Program-made: the position numbers and the translations under genes
Shown here: positions 33,407 through 46,310 of the stretch, piece by piece
How the letters are laid out: each line of letters begins with the position of its first letter
How positions within the stretch are numbered: position 1 is the stretch's first letter
Origin: Hormoscilla sp.
GTDB lineage: Bacteria > Cyanobacteriota > Cyanobacteriia > Cyanobacteriales > Desertifilaceae
Direction: 5' to 3'
Assembly: GCA_051439505.1 (NCBI GenBank)
Contig: JBFRWI010000132.1
Coordinates: 1 to 64,000 of the forward strand
Length of the DNA stretch: 64,000 nucleotides
Notes under the pieces: model-generated
Told to the model about the DNA's origin: nothing
What the model saw: only the letters and a program-made list of their open reading frames with translations
Databases searched by the model: none

Positions 33407-33945
33407 TCTGTTTTACCGACATAAAATTGCGATCGCATTATTTCTGGTCCGTAGATTACGGGGCGATCGCATGATGTCGGGGCGATCGCGGTTGTTACAT
33501 TTTCCATGGGGCCGGGGCACGGCGATCGTTATTTGGTCATATTTACCGATAATTTGCGGATGCCGTGCCCCTACGTAACATTGGCGATCGCATTATGTGG
33601 GGGAGTCGGTAACAGGGCGATCGCATTATATCGGGCCACATAATCTGATTAGCCTAATATTTCATTAACTGCGATCGCCACATCAGGAAAGCCCAGGATC
33701 GACAAACTTGCACCTCGCCCCAACTGGCGAACATTTTGATAGCCATCGGGAGTCGGTTCCCGATAAACTTCAATAGATTGCCCATTTATATCTAAGCTGT
33801 CGCCCATTTAAATTGCATGGCTCCAAATGCTGAAACCCTTGCTGTCAAATATTTCCCAAATTTTTAATTTTGAATTTTAAATTTTGAATTGCTTATTGTC
33901 CCCCACCTTAAGTCGGGCTAAAGGATGGTGACAACGAACATGGGT

Positions 33946-34695
33946 TTACTTTTGCTTTGGCTTAACGGACTTTTGTAAGGCGAAAAACTCGTAACCATAG
34001 TAATCATGGTATTCCCGATACATTTCAACCTCGCGCTGCTCATTTTCCAAGACAGCTAACGCCTCTGAATCATTGCTGTACAACTCGCGCAGGCGATCGA
34101 TTCTGGCTGCCAATGGCTGATAGTAGTTCCACCAAGCCTGTTCTGGAAGGGTAAAGTGTCCCACTATGTCGTATCCACAGTCGGGAATCAGGTTTAATAG
34201 CTGCTCTACGGTCCGCATCCCAGGATAGTTTTCCTGCCAATAATCTTGAATTATTTTCGGGGGGTTATCCTGCAACCAAACCAGTTCTGAAACCACTAAA
34301 TATCCTCCCGGTTTAATCAAAGGACGCCACTGCTTTAATCCTTGTTCAAAGCCCATGATATAAATCGACCCTTCCGCCCATAGCAGGTCAAAGGTCTGGT
34401 CGGGAAAAGATAAGTCAAACATCGATCGGTTCAAACAGGTAATCCGATCGAGTAAACCGGAATCTGCTGCTGCTGCTTCCAGCCGATCTAAGAAGGGTTG
34501 ATGGGTATCGATCGCGACAATCTTCCCGTCAGTCAACCTGGCCAGTTCTAGGGTTTGTGCCCCGGGACCGCAACCAATATCGAGAATAGTCGGCTGGGAT
34601 AATAAGGGAAGCATCCCATATGCTTGGCGAGTATACTCGTCGCCACCCGGACTTTCCTTGGGTAAGTTTGAGTGAATTTCAAAGAATATTTCCAT
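33946..34695 (-). CDS. Class I SAM-dependent methyltransferase
   Basis: ILDIGCGPG, FDLLWAEGSIY, LIKPGGYL. Confidence 0.9.
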   Translation of the reverse strand: MEIFFEIHSNLPKESPGGDEYTRQAYGMLPLLSQPTILDIGCGPGAQTLELARLTDGKIVAIDTHQPFLDRLEAAAADSGLLDRITCLNRSMFDLSFPDQTFDLLWAEGSIYIMGFEQGLKQWRPLIKPGGYLVVSELVWLQDNPPKIIQDYWQENYPGMRTVEQLLNLIPDCGYDIVGHFTLPEQAWWNYYQPLAARIDRLRELYSNDSEALAVLENEQREVEMYREYHDYYGYEFFALQKSVKPKQK

Positions 34696-34721
34696 ACCGG
34701 TTTTGGTGGGCAGTGCCCACC

Positions 34722-35675
34722 CTACTGAATTACAACTTGAGGAATTAACAATATTTTATCCTCTTCATTGCCCAGCTTGCCAATTCCTAATAAACGTCCA
34801 TCCTCATGCTTTACCCTCACTATTTTATCGCCATCTTCATCAGATATATTATAAATTTCTGCTGCATTTTTTACTGTTAAACGTTGACCATTACACCAGC
34901 GTCGCGCTTTGTCTGCCGGAAGTTCGATCGCCCCTAAATGTGCCAGGGCGACATCTGGGGATATGGGACTAAATCTTTGCTGTTGCAACTGAGATTCAAA
35001 CTCATCAAAAGTTAAACTATCTGCTAAACTGAAGCCACTACTATAAGTGCGATCGAGGGCGGCGAGGGTGCCACCAACCTGCAAAGCGGCCCCTAAGTCC
35101 CGGGCGATCGCGCGAATATAGGTGCCCGGACCGCAGGCGATCGCCACATCAAGTTCTGCAAACTCTCCCGATCGCCAATCCAAAACATCTATACTATAAA
35201 CTTCCACAGAACGGGCCTGAACCTGAATCTTTTCGCCACTCCGGGCCATATTATAGAGGCGTTTACCCTGCACTTGAATGGCGCTATAATTGGGAGGCAC
35301 CTGCTGAATCTTACCCTCAAACTGCTTCAGGGCCGATCGCACGGTATCCAGGGTTAAATGACCCGCAATTTGAGTAGAGATAACCTCCCCTTGGGTATCA
35401 TCAGTAGTAGTAGTAACTCCCAGGCGAATAGTGCCATGATAAGCTTTATCTTGAGGGAGAAACTGTAATAGTCGCGTCGCCTTCGAGAGGGCGATCGGCA
35501 AAACCCCAGTCGCCGCCGGGTCTAAAGTACCTGCATGTCCCACCCGCTTCAGGCGCAGCAAGCGCCGCACCCGGGCGACACAGTCATGAGATGTTAAACC
35601 CGCTGGTTTATTTAAGTTAAGAAAACCTGTCACAGTTAACCGTTTACAATCAATATTTTTGCTAGAGATAGGCAA
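34722..35675 (-). CDS. truB: tRNA pseudouridine(55) synthase
   Basis: [35 protein letters not shown]; true start may be a little downstream (near 35636). Confidence 0.95.
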   Translation of the reverse strand: MPISSKNIDCKRLTVTGFLNLNKPAGLTSHDCVARVRRLLRLKRVGHAGTLDPAATGVLPIALSKATRLLQFLPQDKAYHGTIRLGVTTTTDDTQGEVISTQIAGHLTLDTVRSALKQFEGKIQQVPPNYSAIQVQGKRLYNMARSGEKIQVQARSVEVYSIDVLDWRSGEFAELDVAIACGPGTYIRAIARDLGAALQVGGTLAALDRTYSSGFSLADSLTFDEFESQLQQQRFSPISPDVALAHLGAIELPADKARRWCNGQRLTVKNAAEIYNISDEDGDKIVRVKHEDGRLLGIGKLGNEEDKILLIPQVVIQ

Positions 35676-36459
35676 TTAAAACGAGTAAAGGATTAATTCC
35701 GATCGCGTTACCATTCGGTTGAAAACCGACTAAAAACATTATCATTTTAGCTCATATATTTTTTCTGTGTAAAGTTGCTCATCTTTTCTGATGGAGGATC
35801 TCAATGCCGCCGTGCCCCGGTTGTTTCATTCCCCGATCGGGGAAGCGTATTTGTAAAGAAAGGGGAAACCATAGCGCAATAGTAACTGAGCTGCGGCAAA
35901 GATGGCTGTCTGGAGCTATAAATTATAATATCAATTGACATATAGCGCCCTGCACCCCCCTTCCGATCTGAAAAAGAGAGAACAAAAAAGGCCCTTTTGG
36001 GAAACCACCCATTTTTACGGTCTAATATACCCCCCCCCTGTGGAGTTGTACAAAAATGGCCTTTTTTGAAAATGGCTTTTGTTACTCCCCCAATTTCGGT
36101 AGCAATTCAAAATTCAAAATTTAAACTTTCCACTTTGGGAAGTCTTTGGCATCCAGTATCTGTCTTACTTTCATCTCCAGATCGGTTGCGAATATTGGTA
36201 AATTACGATGACTGCGCTACATATAGTTGCGCTTTACCTTGAGGTATTGGGGTCGCCCTTCCGATATTGAGAGAGAACAAAATAGGCCATTTTTGGGAAA
36301 ACAGCCTATTTTTACGATCCATAACCTCTCCCTCACAGGGGTAGGTTTTTGACATTTTGGTTTGTTTGAGGGGGTGAAGGAGTGAGGGGGTGAGGGGGGA
36401 TAAAAGTCAATAAACATGGCTCGCTAATAGACAATTATGACAAAATGCCGCTCCCTCAA

Positions 36460-36609
36460 GGGTGTGGTCAAAACCCGTTGATCGTTCGGGCGGCCCTCTC
36501 AGTCGCCGGATCCCCCCAAACCCCCCTTAGAAAGGGGGGCTTCCGGAGCCCCCCCTTTTGGAAGGGGGGGTTTGGGGGGGATCCTCTGCAACTACTTTTG
36601 ACCACACCC
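36460..36609. mobile_element. 150-bp MITE with 14-bp terminal inverted repeats and 9-bp target duplication
   Basis: gggtgtggtcaaaa...ttttgaccacaccc flanked by ctccctcaa on both sides. Confidence 0.88.
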
Positions 36610-36620
36610 CTCCCTCAAGG

Positions 36621-36840
36621 GAAAAGGTTCTTCTCTCGGCGAGGAAAGGATCTTTTCTCACCGAGAAAAGGATCTTTTCTCACCGAGAAAAGGTTCTTCT
36701 CTCACCGAGGAAAGGATCTTTTCTCACCGAGGAAAGGATCTTTTCTCACCGAGAAAAGGTTCTTCTCTCACCGAGAAAAGGTTCTTCTCTCACCGAGAAA
36801 AATTTCTTTTCCCATAGCGGAAAAATTTCTTTTCCCATAG
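36621..36840. repeat. 22-bp tandem repeat x10
   Basis: Unit gRaaaggWtcttYtctcaccga x8 plus two diverged copies; no spacers. Confidence 0.9.
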
Positions 36841-36858
36841 GAGAACCTTCGCCGGGTA

Positions 36859-36990
36859 TGGAATTGTAAGCATATGGCTAACGCTCAACTGCAGATTAAG
36901 TTATCACAAATTAGCTCTGAATTTGGATACAATCTACCAACTATCTGCACTCCATATCAGTTGATGGCATATGAAGTTATGGGAGAATAA
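36859..36990 (+). pseudogene. C-terminal fragment of a PIN/VapC-like protein
   Basis: Hand translation WNCKHMANAQLQIKLSQISSEFGYNLPTICTPYQLMAYEVMGE*; WNCKH.AN and P.ICTP resemble a PIN-family C-terminus; no 5' part present. Confidence 0.6.
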
Positions 36991-36993
36991 ACC

Positions 36994-37173
36994 ATGTGGA
37001 AAGATGAAATACTCGAAGAAATTCACAAATACCGAGAAGAATATGCCCGATCTTTTAACTACGACCTGAAGGCAATCTTTGAAGATTTGCGTAAAAAAGA
37101 AAACGCTCATCCGGAAAAACTTGTGGAACTTCCCATCAAGCGGAGACCTAACAATGGGTGTGGTCAAAAGTAG
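36994..37173 (+). CDS. Small hypothetical protein (PIN-associated), 3' end altered by MITE insertion
   Basis: Hand translation MWKDEILEEIHKYREEYARSFNYDLKAIFEDLRKKE...; the stop now lies inside the MITE end. Confidence 0.65.
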   Translation: MWKDEILEEIHKYREEYARSFNYDLKAIFEDLRKKENAHPEKLVELPIKRRPNNGCGQK

Positions 37174-37304
37174 TTGGAAAGGATCCCCCCCAAACCCCCC
37201 CTTCCAAAGGGGGGGGTTCCGGAAGCCCCCCTTTTTAAGGGGGGGTTGGGGGGATCCGGCGACTGGGAGGGCCAATGAATGATCAACGGGTTTTGACCAC
37301 ACCC
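37156..37304. mobile_element. 149-bp MITE, inverted copy of 36460-36609
   Basis: Same terminal inverted repeats, flanked by the 9-bp duplication cctaacaat. Confidence 0.88.
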
Positions 37305-37588
37305 CCTAACAATCAGTCTGGGGAACAAACCGGTCCGCAATAGTCAAATTCCTCTCTAGTCTCCTGGCCCGCCGGGGGTTCAAACCCCCGCGTTACCAGG
37401 CGGAGCCAGGTAACGAGGCTAAAGTGGGTTGAAAACCGACTGAAAATCTTATGGAAAAAATATTTTACCTCTCTGTGCCCATCGTTAAGATGCTCCGCCT
37501 CTTAACGATGGTAATACACTTTCTCGACAATGCTTTTAGCGGGCCAGGAGGCCGATCGAGGGGCTGGGGGGGCTGGGGGACTTCATAT

Positions 37589-38152
37589 TTACATCCCCAA
37601 CAATCGTCTAATTTCCACTTGCAGATACCGAAAGGCCAAGGGATTAACATAACCTTGAGAGAAAGTTTCTCTGGACTGATAGCCCTGCTGAGTAGGTTGT
37701 CGAAATACAATCAATTGATTAGCACGCAAATTAATCAGCCAATATTCTCTAATCCCTGCTAATGCGTAAACCTGGCTTTTCACCTCCCGATCCTTACTCA
37801 GACTAGAATCAGAGTATTCTATTACCCAGAAAATATTTTCTGGGTAGGGATGATGTTCTCGATATTCTCGTCCCAGACGCTGCACCACCGCAATATCTGG
37901 TTCCGGTTCCGAGTTACTATTCAGTAGTGTAACGGGCTTTGCTTGCCGGACTTTCGCCCGATCGCCTAATAAATATATCAGATACTCTGCCGCCTCATCG
38001 CTAGCATAAGCATGGGGTTGTCCTTCTGGGGGCATTTCTACAATGTCTCCATTCAGCAACTCTACCTGCCGCCCTGCTAAAATACCCGCTGCCACCATGC
38101 TATGGTAATCAGCAATTGTCCATTTTGCGGTTGCGATCGTCACCGGCGTCAT
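37589..38152 (-). CDS. Uma2 (DUF820) family endonuclease-like protein
   Basis: VELLNGDIVEMPP, SEPEPDIAVV, IEYSDSSL.KDR, YALAGIREYWLINL. Confidence 0.92.
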   Translation of the reverse strand: MTPVTIATAKWTIADYHSMVAAGILAGRQVELLNGDIVEMPPEGQPHAYASDEAAEYLIYLLGDRAKVRQAKPVTLLNSNSEPEPDIAVVQRLGREYREHHPYPENIFWVIEYSDSSLSKDREVKSQVYALAGIREYWLINLRANQLIVFRQPTQQGYQSRETFSQGYVNPLAFRYLQVEIRRLLGM

Positions 38153-38299
38153 ATCCTCTAATCCTATCTTTTATCATAACTAATAGCAAGCACCATTGTC
38201 AAGGGAATTAACCAAAAAATATGCTGATTATAGAGGCGATCGATCTGATCGCGCAATTGTATTATACCAATACCAAATAATTTTAGTCGGTTTTAACCG

Positions 38300-38385
38300 A
38301 CTTTAGCTATTAGCCGGGGGTGGGATACCCCCGGCGGGCTAACTTTAGCTATTAGCCGGGGGTGGGATACCCCCGGCGGGCTAAC
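38300..38385. repeat. 42-bp tandem duplication containing a GC hairpin
   Basis: actttagctattagccgggggtgggatacccccggcgggcta x2. Confidence 0.85.
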
Positions 38386-38393
38386 GGGAAAGA

Positions 38394-39980
38394 CTAATCA
38401 CCGATCGCAGGCGATCGGGCGAACAAAGTGGAGGTATCCTGTAAAGCCACAGAAGTATTTGGCATCAGAGTCGGGACCGAGTCTCGCAACCGGGCAGTCA
38501 ACTGCACCGTTGTCGCATCGTACATCTGGGTAACCATTTTCGGATACAAACCAATGCCAATAATAGGTACCAACAAACAAGCAATAATGAACACTTCGCG
38601 CGGTTCGGCATCGACCAGCACTTCATGTTCCACTAACTCCTTGTTTTCCGGTCCGTAGCAGATCTCCCGCAGCATAGACAGCAAATAAATCGGAGTCACT
38701 ATTACCCCCACAGCGGCCAGGAAGACCACCACCACCTTAAAGGTTGAACTGTAGGCATCGCTAGTAGAAAACCCGACAAACACCATCACCTCGGCCACAA
38801 ATCCACTCATTCCCGGCAATGCCAAGGATGCCATAGAACAAGCAGTCCACATAGCGAAAACCTTGCGCATCTTCTGGCCCACGCCGCCCATTTCATCTAG
38901 CATCAGGGTGTGCGTGCGATCGTAAGTAGCACCCACCAGGAAGAACAAACTCGCCCCAATCAAACCGTGGGAAATCATTTGCATCACCGCACCGCTTAAT
39001 CCCAGGTCCGTAAAAGAGGCAATGCCGATCAACACGAAACCCATGTGGGAAATCGAAGAATAGGCAATTTTCCGCTTCAGGTTGCGCTGGGCAAAGGAAG
39101 TCAACCCCGCATAAACGATATTCACGACCCCCAGAATTACCAAGGCCGGGGCAAAGAAAGCATGGGCATCGGGCAGCATTTGAGCGTTCATTCTAATGAG
39201 GGCATATCCCCCCATTTTCAGCAGAATGCCAGCTAGTAACATATGCACCGGGGCAGTAGCTTCCCCGTGGGCATCGGGAAGCCAAGTATGGAAGGGAATA
39301 ATTGGCAGCTTCACCGCGTAGGCAATGAAGAAAGCAGCATATAGCAACAACTGTAAATTGAGCGCGTATTCCTTAGCCGCGATCGCCCTCATATCGAAGG
39401 TAACAGTATCGCCATAGAAAGCCATGGCCAAAGCCGCGAGCAAAATAAACAGAGAGGCCCCAGCAGTGTAGAGGATAAACTTAGTAGCCGCATACAGACG
39501 CTTTTTGCCTCCCCAAATAGCCAGCAGCATATAAACAGGAAGCAACTCCAGTTCCCAGGCCAGGAAGAACAACAGCAGATCCTGGACCGCAAAAACAGCG
39601 ATTTGACCGCCGTACATAGCCAGCATCAAAAAGTAAAACAGCTTGGGCTTCATGCTCACTGGCCAGGATGCCAACATTGCCAGAGTAGTAATAAAGCCAG
39701 TCAGGAGCACCAGCGGCATAGATAAGCCATCCACCCCCACAGACCAATTCAAATCTATCTGAGGCACCCAAGCATATTGTTCCACCAACTGCAACTCGGG
39801 ATTATTCATGTCGTACTCAGTGCAGAAGGCGTAAATAATGAAAGCAAAATCAATTAGCCCCACCGTTAGACCGTACCAGCGCACAGTCTTCCCGTCCCCC
39901 TTGTCTGGGATCAAAGGTATCAGTAGCGAAGCGACAATAGGAAACAGAATTATTGTTGTTAGCCAGGGAAAATTTGCCAT
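38394..39980 (-). CDS. ndhD: NDH-1 subunit 4 (NdhD1 type)
   Basis: [35 protein letters not shown]; downstream of ndhF. Confidence 0.96.
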   Translation of the reverse strand: MANFPWLTTIILFPIVASLLIPLIPDKGDGKTVRWYGLTVGLIDFAFIIYAFCTEYDMNNPELQLVEQYAWVPQIDLNWSVGVDGLSMPLVLLTGFITTLAMLASWPVSMKPKLFYFLMLAMYGGQIAVFAVQDLLLFFLAWELELLPVYMLLAIWGGKKRLYAATKFILYTAGASLFILLAALAMAFYGDTVTFDMRAIAAKEYALNLQLLLYAAFFIAYAVKLPIIPFHTWLPDAHGEATAPVHMLLAGILLKMGGYALIRMNAQMLPDAHAFFAPALVILGVVNIVYAGLTSFAQRNLKRKIAYSSISHMGFVLIGIASFTDLGLSGAVMQMISHGLIGASLFFLVGATYDRTHTLMLDEMGGVGQKMRKVFAMWTACSMASLALPGMSGFVAEVMVFVGFSTSDAYSSTFKVVVVFLAAVGVIVTPIYLLSMLREICYGPENKELVEHEVLVDAEPREVFIIACLLVPIIGIGLYPKMVTQMYDATTVQLTARLRDSVPTLMPNTSVALQDTSTLFARSPAIGD

Positions 39981-40004
39981 TTTTAATTTTTAATTGCTGA
40001 TTCA

Positions 40005-40138
40005 GTAGGGTGGGCACTGCCCACCTTACCGCTACTAACTCGATGTCGGGTCTGTACCGCCCACCTTATTACTGGTGGGCGATGCCCACCCTACCCCATT
40101 GGTGGTGGGCGATGCCTGGTGGGCGATGCCCACCCTAC
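40005..40138. repeat. Cluster of GGTGGGC..GCCCACC palindromes
   Basis: At least three complete copies plus partial copies between ndhF and ndhD. Confidence 0.8.
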
Positions 40139-40144
40139 GTTCAA

Positions 40145-42229
<2,085 letters not shown>

Positions 42230-42320
42230 CGCTAACGCCTACTTTATATTTCTTCACTATTTTTACCAAACCGTTAACAATTGTGACACATGGAGCCAGG
42301 TGTAAGTCAAGCTCAAGTTA

Positions 42321-42356
42321 AAATCCGCCATCTGCATCCAGTCAGATGGCGGATTT
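42321..42356. terminator. Stem-loop between the thioredoxin gene and ndhF
   Basis: aaatccgccatctg...cagatggcggattt. Confidence 0.6.
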
Positions 42357-42381
42357 GATAACCGGCGGTTAGGGAGCGGGC

Positions 42382-42771
42382 TTAAATCATGGCCGCCGGT
42401 TCTGAGCTTTCTGCGGCTGTCACCAGCGAGATGGATGTCGAAGCTGTCTGGCCTATAACTAGAGCCTCCAGTTGTCGGCGCAGATCTTCAGCACTGTGAA
42501 ATCCTTCGATCCGATGTCGGACTTGGCCACCTTCAAATAGGAGCAATGTTGGTAATGTCCTGAGTCGATAGGCGTTGGCGAGTTTCAAAGAGCGATCGGC
42601 ATTGATCCCAACCATCTTCATACCTGTACCCCATTGAGCCTGAAACTTATTCAGGGCTGGGGGGATCAGCCGACAAATACCACACCAAGGGGCCCAAAAA
42701 TACACTAAAACCGGGGTGGAAGCTTCCTCTACTTCTGAAGAAAAAGTCCCTTCACTGACCGACAAGATCAT
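42382..42771 (-). CDS. trxC: Atypical thioredoxin (TrxC-like)
   Basis: FWAPWCGICR active site lacking Pro; position between an NnrU-like gene and ndhF. Confidence 0.75.
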   Translation of the reverse strand: MILSVSEGTFSSEVEEASTPVLVYFWAPWCGICRLIPPALNKFQAQWGTGMKMVGINADRSLKLANAYRLRTLPTLLLFEGGQVRHRIEGFHSAEDLRRQLEALVIGQTASTSISLVTAAESSEPAAMI

Positions 42772-42888
42772 GATCTTACAGATTTATTATCTTTTTTCGT
42801 ATCCGATTGGGATCATGCTACATCGATTTTGGATCCTTTGACTCACTGAATTGAAAAATTGGCGTTGCACATTTTTACCGATGATAGC

Positions 42889-43602
42889 CTAAAACTCAAC
42901 GCGGCTGGTAGTGACGATCAACCAGGGATGGGCCCACCACAGCAGTCCGATAAAAGCAAGGACGCCCAAATAAGCGGGGCGGATAAACTCTTGCCATTGC
43001 AGGGTTTGACGCCCCTGGGCGATCGCCAGAAAAGGGACGATCGAGGTGTTCGCCTTGACGGTTTCAAAGGCTGTACCATAGCGGTCCGCGAGACGGCGAT
43101 CGCCATGCCAGACGCCAAATATATGATGTAGCACCAAACCGATGGACGTTACCAGAGTAAAGGTACTACCAATCCAGAGGGTATGGGCGATACACCAAAT
43201 CACCTGTCCTACCATCTGGGGATGACGGGTGACGCGAATAATGCCAGTAGAGTACAGATGTACTTGAGGCTTTTGCACCGCCGCAATTTCCAGGAGATTG
43301 AAAGTAGCTGGGTATAGAAAAAAGAAGGAAATGGCAGATAGCACCCATACTAAAGGTTTCACCACTGCTACATCCTGTACCTGCCAAAGTTGCCAGCCAT
43401 CATAGCGGTGGTTAAAGAAGTATACGATCAGTACCACCGCTAGAGGCAGACTGACTAGGGCAAAGAGGACGCGATAAAGTCGGACGCCCATCAGTTTTTC
43501 GCCCCAAGGACGCATCGCAGCTAGTCCGCTGTGGGCAACAGCAAAACCCAGCAGCAGTCCGATCATAATTAAATGGCTGTTCGTCAAGCAATTCTCAAGC
43601 AT
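42889..43602 (-). CDS. NnrU-family membrane protein (Z-ISO-like zeta-carotene isomerase)
   Basis: AHSGLAA, YFFNHRYDG, GIIRVTRHPQMVGQ, WHGDRRL; start moved to the ATG at 43602. Confidence 0.85.
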   Translation of the reverse strand: MLENCLTNSHLIMIGLLLGFAVAHSGLAAMRPWGEKLMGVRLYRVLFALVSLPLAVVLIVYFFNHRYDGWQLWQVQDVAVVKPLVWVLSAISFFFLYPATFNLLEIAAVQKPQVHLYSTGIIRVTRHPQMVGQVIWCIAHTLWIGSTFTLVTSIGLVLHHIFGVWHGDRRLADRYGTAFETVKANTSIVPFLAIAQGRQTLQWQEFIRPAYLGVLAFIGLLWWAHPWLIVTTSRVEF

Positions 43603-43615
43603 AAACAGTAAGAAC

Positions 43616-45475
43616 TTAAAATAGTAAGTCGAGATCGAATTCTCTGAGATCCAGCAGTCTAAATACACCCCCTGTACCCTCAACTGTAGCAATCATCAGA
43701 CCAGAAGTATGAAACGGGGCGATCGCACTTATCTGCTGCTGTACATCAATCTTCCCCACCACCGTTCCCTGCCGATCCAACAAGATAATTTTTCCCAGCA
43801 TATCAGCAACCACATAACCCCAGGATGTGGCCGCCAGGAATTTGGGATCGGGTAAGTCCACTTTCACCTGCCGGATGCGAAAAGGCTTGAGGTCGATTAA
43901 TAGTAGAGATTTCTGGTTATTTGCTTGGGTAGCTAGCAGTCGATACTGTACCCCAGCAGCAGCGATCGCCCGATCCAGCAGCACTGGCAGCATCCAGCGG
44001 CCCACCTTAGTGCCCCGCCGGGTAAAAACCGACAGTTGCGTCCCGGTCTTACCAGAAGCTAACGCCGCCACATGCCGTGAATCAAGCACCAGTAGCTGAG
44101 ATGGTGCCGATTTCAGTTCCACAGCGATCGATTTAGGATGAATAGTCAAGGTTTGACCGCCAGTTATGTGAGAGCCGATTTCCCAATCCCGCAAATCGAA
44201 CAGCCGTAATTGCTTGTCAGAAGTAGCTGCTGCTATCCAACGTCCTCTGGTTTCGACATCTGCCACAAATTCACCGTCTTCTTTGGTTATCAATCCGATC
44301 GAAACAACTGAGTACTCATAGGTTTCATAGCTGAGGAAATAAATCGATCGCTCGGCGATCATAAAACATCCTTGTGGAGAGCCGAGCAATTTTTGCATCG
44401 ACTCACTCAGATGCACCCGAGACAGATGAAATGTTTCACCCCTATTGATTCCATCTGGATAAATCTGACATTCCACAACCGCTCCTGCGGCCCAATATAC
44501 CTTATCTAGAGATTTAACATCTTCAGACTCTTTCCCAGATGCTGTTTCCTGTGAAGATACCACTGCCAGAGCAGTTATAGGCGCTCCAACCCGCTTAGTC
44601 CAAACAGCCCGGTCTCCTACTGGCACATCAGGCAAAACCTCCGACCCATGGCTCAAAGAATAAGTTGATTTCTCGGAGGACTTCATCCGTTCAACTGCTA
44701 CTTGAATTGCCTGCAACATGTCTGATGCTGTATGATATCGGCGAGCTGGCAGCTTTTCTAAAGCCGTAGCGATCACCCGTTGCAAATCTTCAGGCACGTA
44801 GTTGGGAATCTCCACCCGCTGGTTCAGATGAGCTGTCATTAGCTGGCCAGGTGCCCCCGAAAAAGGCCGATCGCCCACCAGCAATTCAAATAGCATAATA
44901 CCTACAGCATAAATATCACAGCTAATATTATATTGGCCGTAAAACCGTTCGGGAGCCATGTAAGCTGGAGAACCCGTATTATCCTCAGATTCTATCATCT
45001 CCTGAGTTAAGCGGGCTATGCCAAAATCGGAAATCCGGGCGATCGGGCCACCTGGCCTTAAATTGAGCAAAATATTATCTGGCTTGATATCGCAATGAAC
45101 AATGCCACGACTATGGGCATGGTCCAAACCCGCAAGCACCTCTGTCATCAGCCTCAAATTCTGCTCCCAAGACAAAGGCGAATCTGACTCCATCCAAGTC
45201 CGCAGAGTCCCGCCCTCGCAATAATCCATCACCAAGTAGCGACCCCTATTACTATGCTCGATCGCCCTAAAGGTGACGATATTAGGATGCTGTAAGCTCA
45301 ACAGAAAGCGCAACTCCCGCAGAAACTTATTGGTGGGGAATCGATACTTGTCTAAATCTTTCAGAGCTACGAGCTGACCTGTTTGGCGATGACAACCGCA
45401 GAATACCCGACCAAATTGCCCTTGTCCCACCAGTCCCAATATCCTGTACTTGGATAATTGTGATTTTCTGTTCAT
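43616..45475 (-). CDS. Ser/Thr protein kinase (SpkG-like) with beta-rich C-terminus
   Basis: GQGQFG, VALK, HCDIKPDN, DFG, YMAPE. Confidence 0.9.
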   Translation of the reverse strand: MNRKSQLSKYRILGLVGQGQFGRVFCGCHRQTGQLVALKDLDKYRFPTNKFLRELRFLLSLQHPNIVTFRAIEHSNRGRYLVMDYCEGGTLRTWMESDSPLSWEQNLRLMTEVLAGLDHAHSRGIVHCDIKPDNILLNLRPGGPIARISDFGIARLTQEMIESEDNTGSPAYMAPERFYGQYNISCDIYAVGIMLFELLVGDRPFSGAPGQLMTAHLNQRVEIPNYVPEDLQRVIATALEKLPARRYHTASDMLQAIQVAVERMKSSEKSTYSLSHGSEVLPDVPVGDRAVWTKRVGAPITALAVVSSQETASGKESEDVKSLDKVYWAAGAVVECQIYPDGINRGETFHLSRVHLSESMQKLLGSPQGCFMIAERSIYFLSYETYEYSVVSIGLITKEDGEFVADVETRGRWIAAATSDKQLRLFDLRDWEIGSHITGGQTLTIHPKSIAVELKSAPSQLLVLDSRHVAALASGKTGTQLSVFTRRGTKVGRWMLPVLLDRAIAAAGVQYRLLATQANNQKSLLLIDLKPFRIRQVKVDLPDPKFLAATSWGYVVADMLGKIILLDRQGTVVGKIDVQQQISAIAPFHTSGLMIATVEGTGGVFRLLDLREFDLDLLF

Positions 45476-45508
45476 TGTTCATTGCTAATTGCTAATTGAG
45501 AATTGACA

Positions 45509-45595
45509 ATTTGCCTCGTTACCTGGGGACCGCCTGGTAACGCCATTACCCATTTGCCTCGTTACCTGGGGACCGCCTGGTAACGTCATTCCCCA
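45509..45595. repeat. Tandem duplication of a hairpin repeat
   Basis: atttgcctcgttacctggggaccgcctggtaacg x2; a related inverted copy lies near 37391-37418. Confidence 0.75.
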
Positions 45596-46255
45596 TTAGC
45601 TATTAACTAGCTTTTGCATTATTTCTGCATGTTCCATCTGGTTTTCTACCATTTCTGAAACTGGCTTCAACCTTTCTTCTAACCCCAAGACAAATTGATT
45701 GCCTTCTGCTCCCAACGATTCGCAGCTCGTTTGGATGCACTCTAGTTCTTTGCCCGTCAACTGGCTAAAGAATGAACTCAAAACTCCCGCATCCAGAAAA
45801 CATGCCGGGATATCGCCTTTAGGAGCATGAGCTGCAAAGGGCGAATTCACAATTTTCACCACCAAAAATCCTTGCTGATGGTAGCTATTGTCCAAATCTA
45901 TTTTACCCCAACCGTGGGTTTGCCAGCATTGTTGCAGGCATTGGACAAACTCCACCATTGCCATCTCCGCCAGGGGCTTTTTATAGTAGTCGCTCAGTTC
46001 TTCACAGAAGCGAGCGTAGAAATTTTCCCCCCACCAGCGACCGCAGTTATACAATACTAGACGGGATGCTTGACCTGTTTCCTTGTCCAATCCCGAATAT
46101 ATCGCTTGCAGTAGGGTTTCTGGCATGGCTATCAGGCGATCGCCCCGGCGATTTTCCAGCAAACCCATTTCCAGTTCGCTGCGCACGTATACGTCGCTCG
46201 CAAAGTAATTCCCGGGTATGCTCTTATCTACGATCAAATCGGCTACCGAAATCAT
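45596..46255 (-). CDS. V4R domain protein
   Basis: HGWGKID, PACFLDAG, ECIQTSCESLGAEGNQF. Confidence 0.85.
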   Translation of the reverse strand: MISVADLIVDKSIPGNYFASDVYVRSELEMGLLENRRGDRLIAMPETLLQAIYSGLDKETGQASRLVLYNCGRWWGENFYARFCEELSDYYKKPLAEMAMVEFVQCLQQCWQTHGWGKIDLDNSYHQQGFLVVKIVNSPFAAHAPKGDIPACFLDAGVLSSFFSQLTGKELECIQTSCESLGAEGNQFVLGLEERLKPVSEMVENQMEHAEIMQKLVNS

Positions 46256-46310
46256 TTCCCCAATTCCTTTTTCTCCTGTACCTCAACTTTTCTGGCGTCC
46301 CAAATGGCAG

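Noticed and set aside
36621..36840. Possible CRISPR array
   Set aside because: Units are contiguous with no unique spacers, and no cas genes are present
36445..37302. ORFs 36445-36840, 36558-36869, 36934-37302 and 37079-37282
   Set aside because: Read-through of MITE and tandem-repeat DNA
36460..37304. Composite transposon bounded by the two inverted MITEs
   Set aside because: Each copy has its own distinct target duplication, and the outer flanks do not match each other
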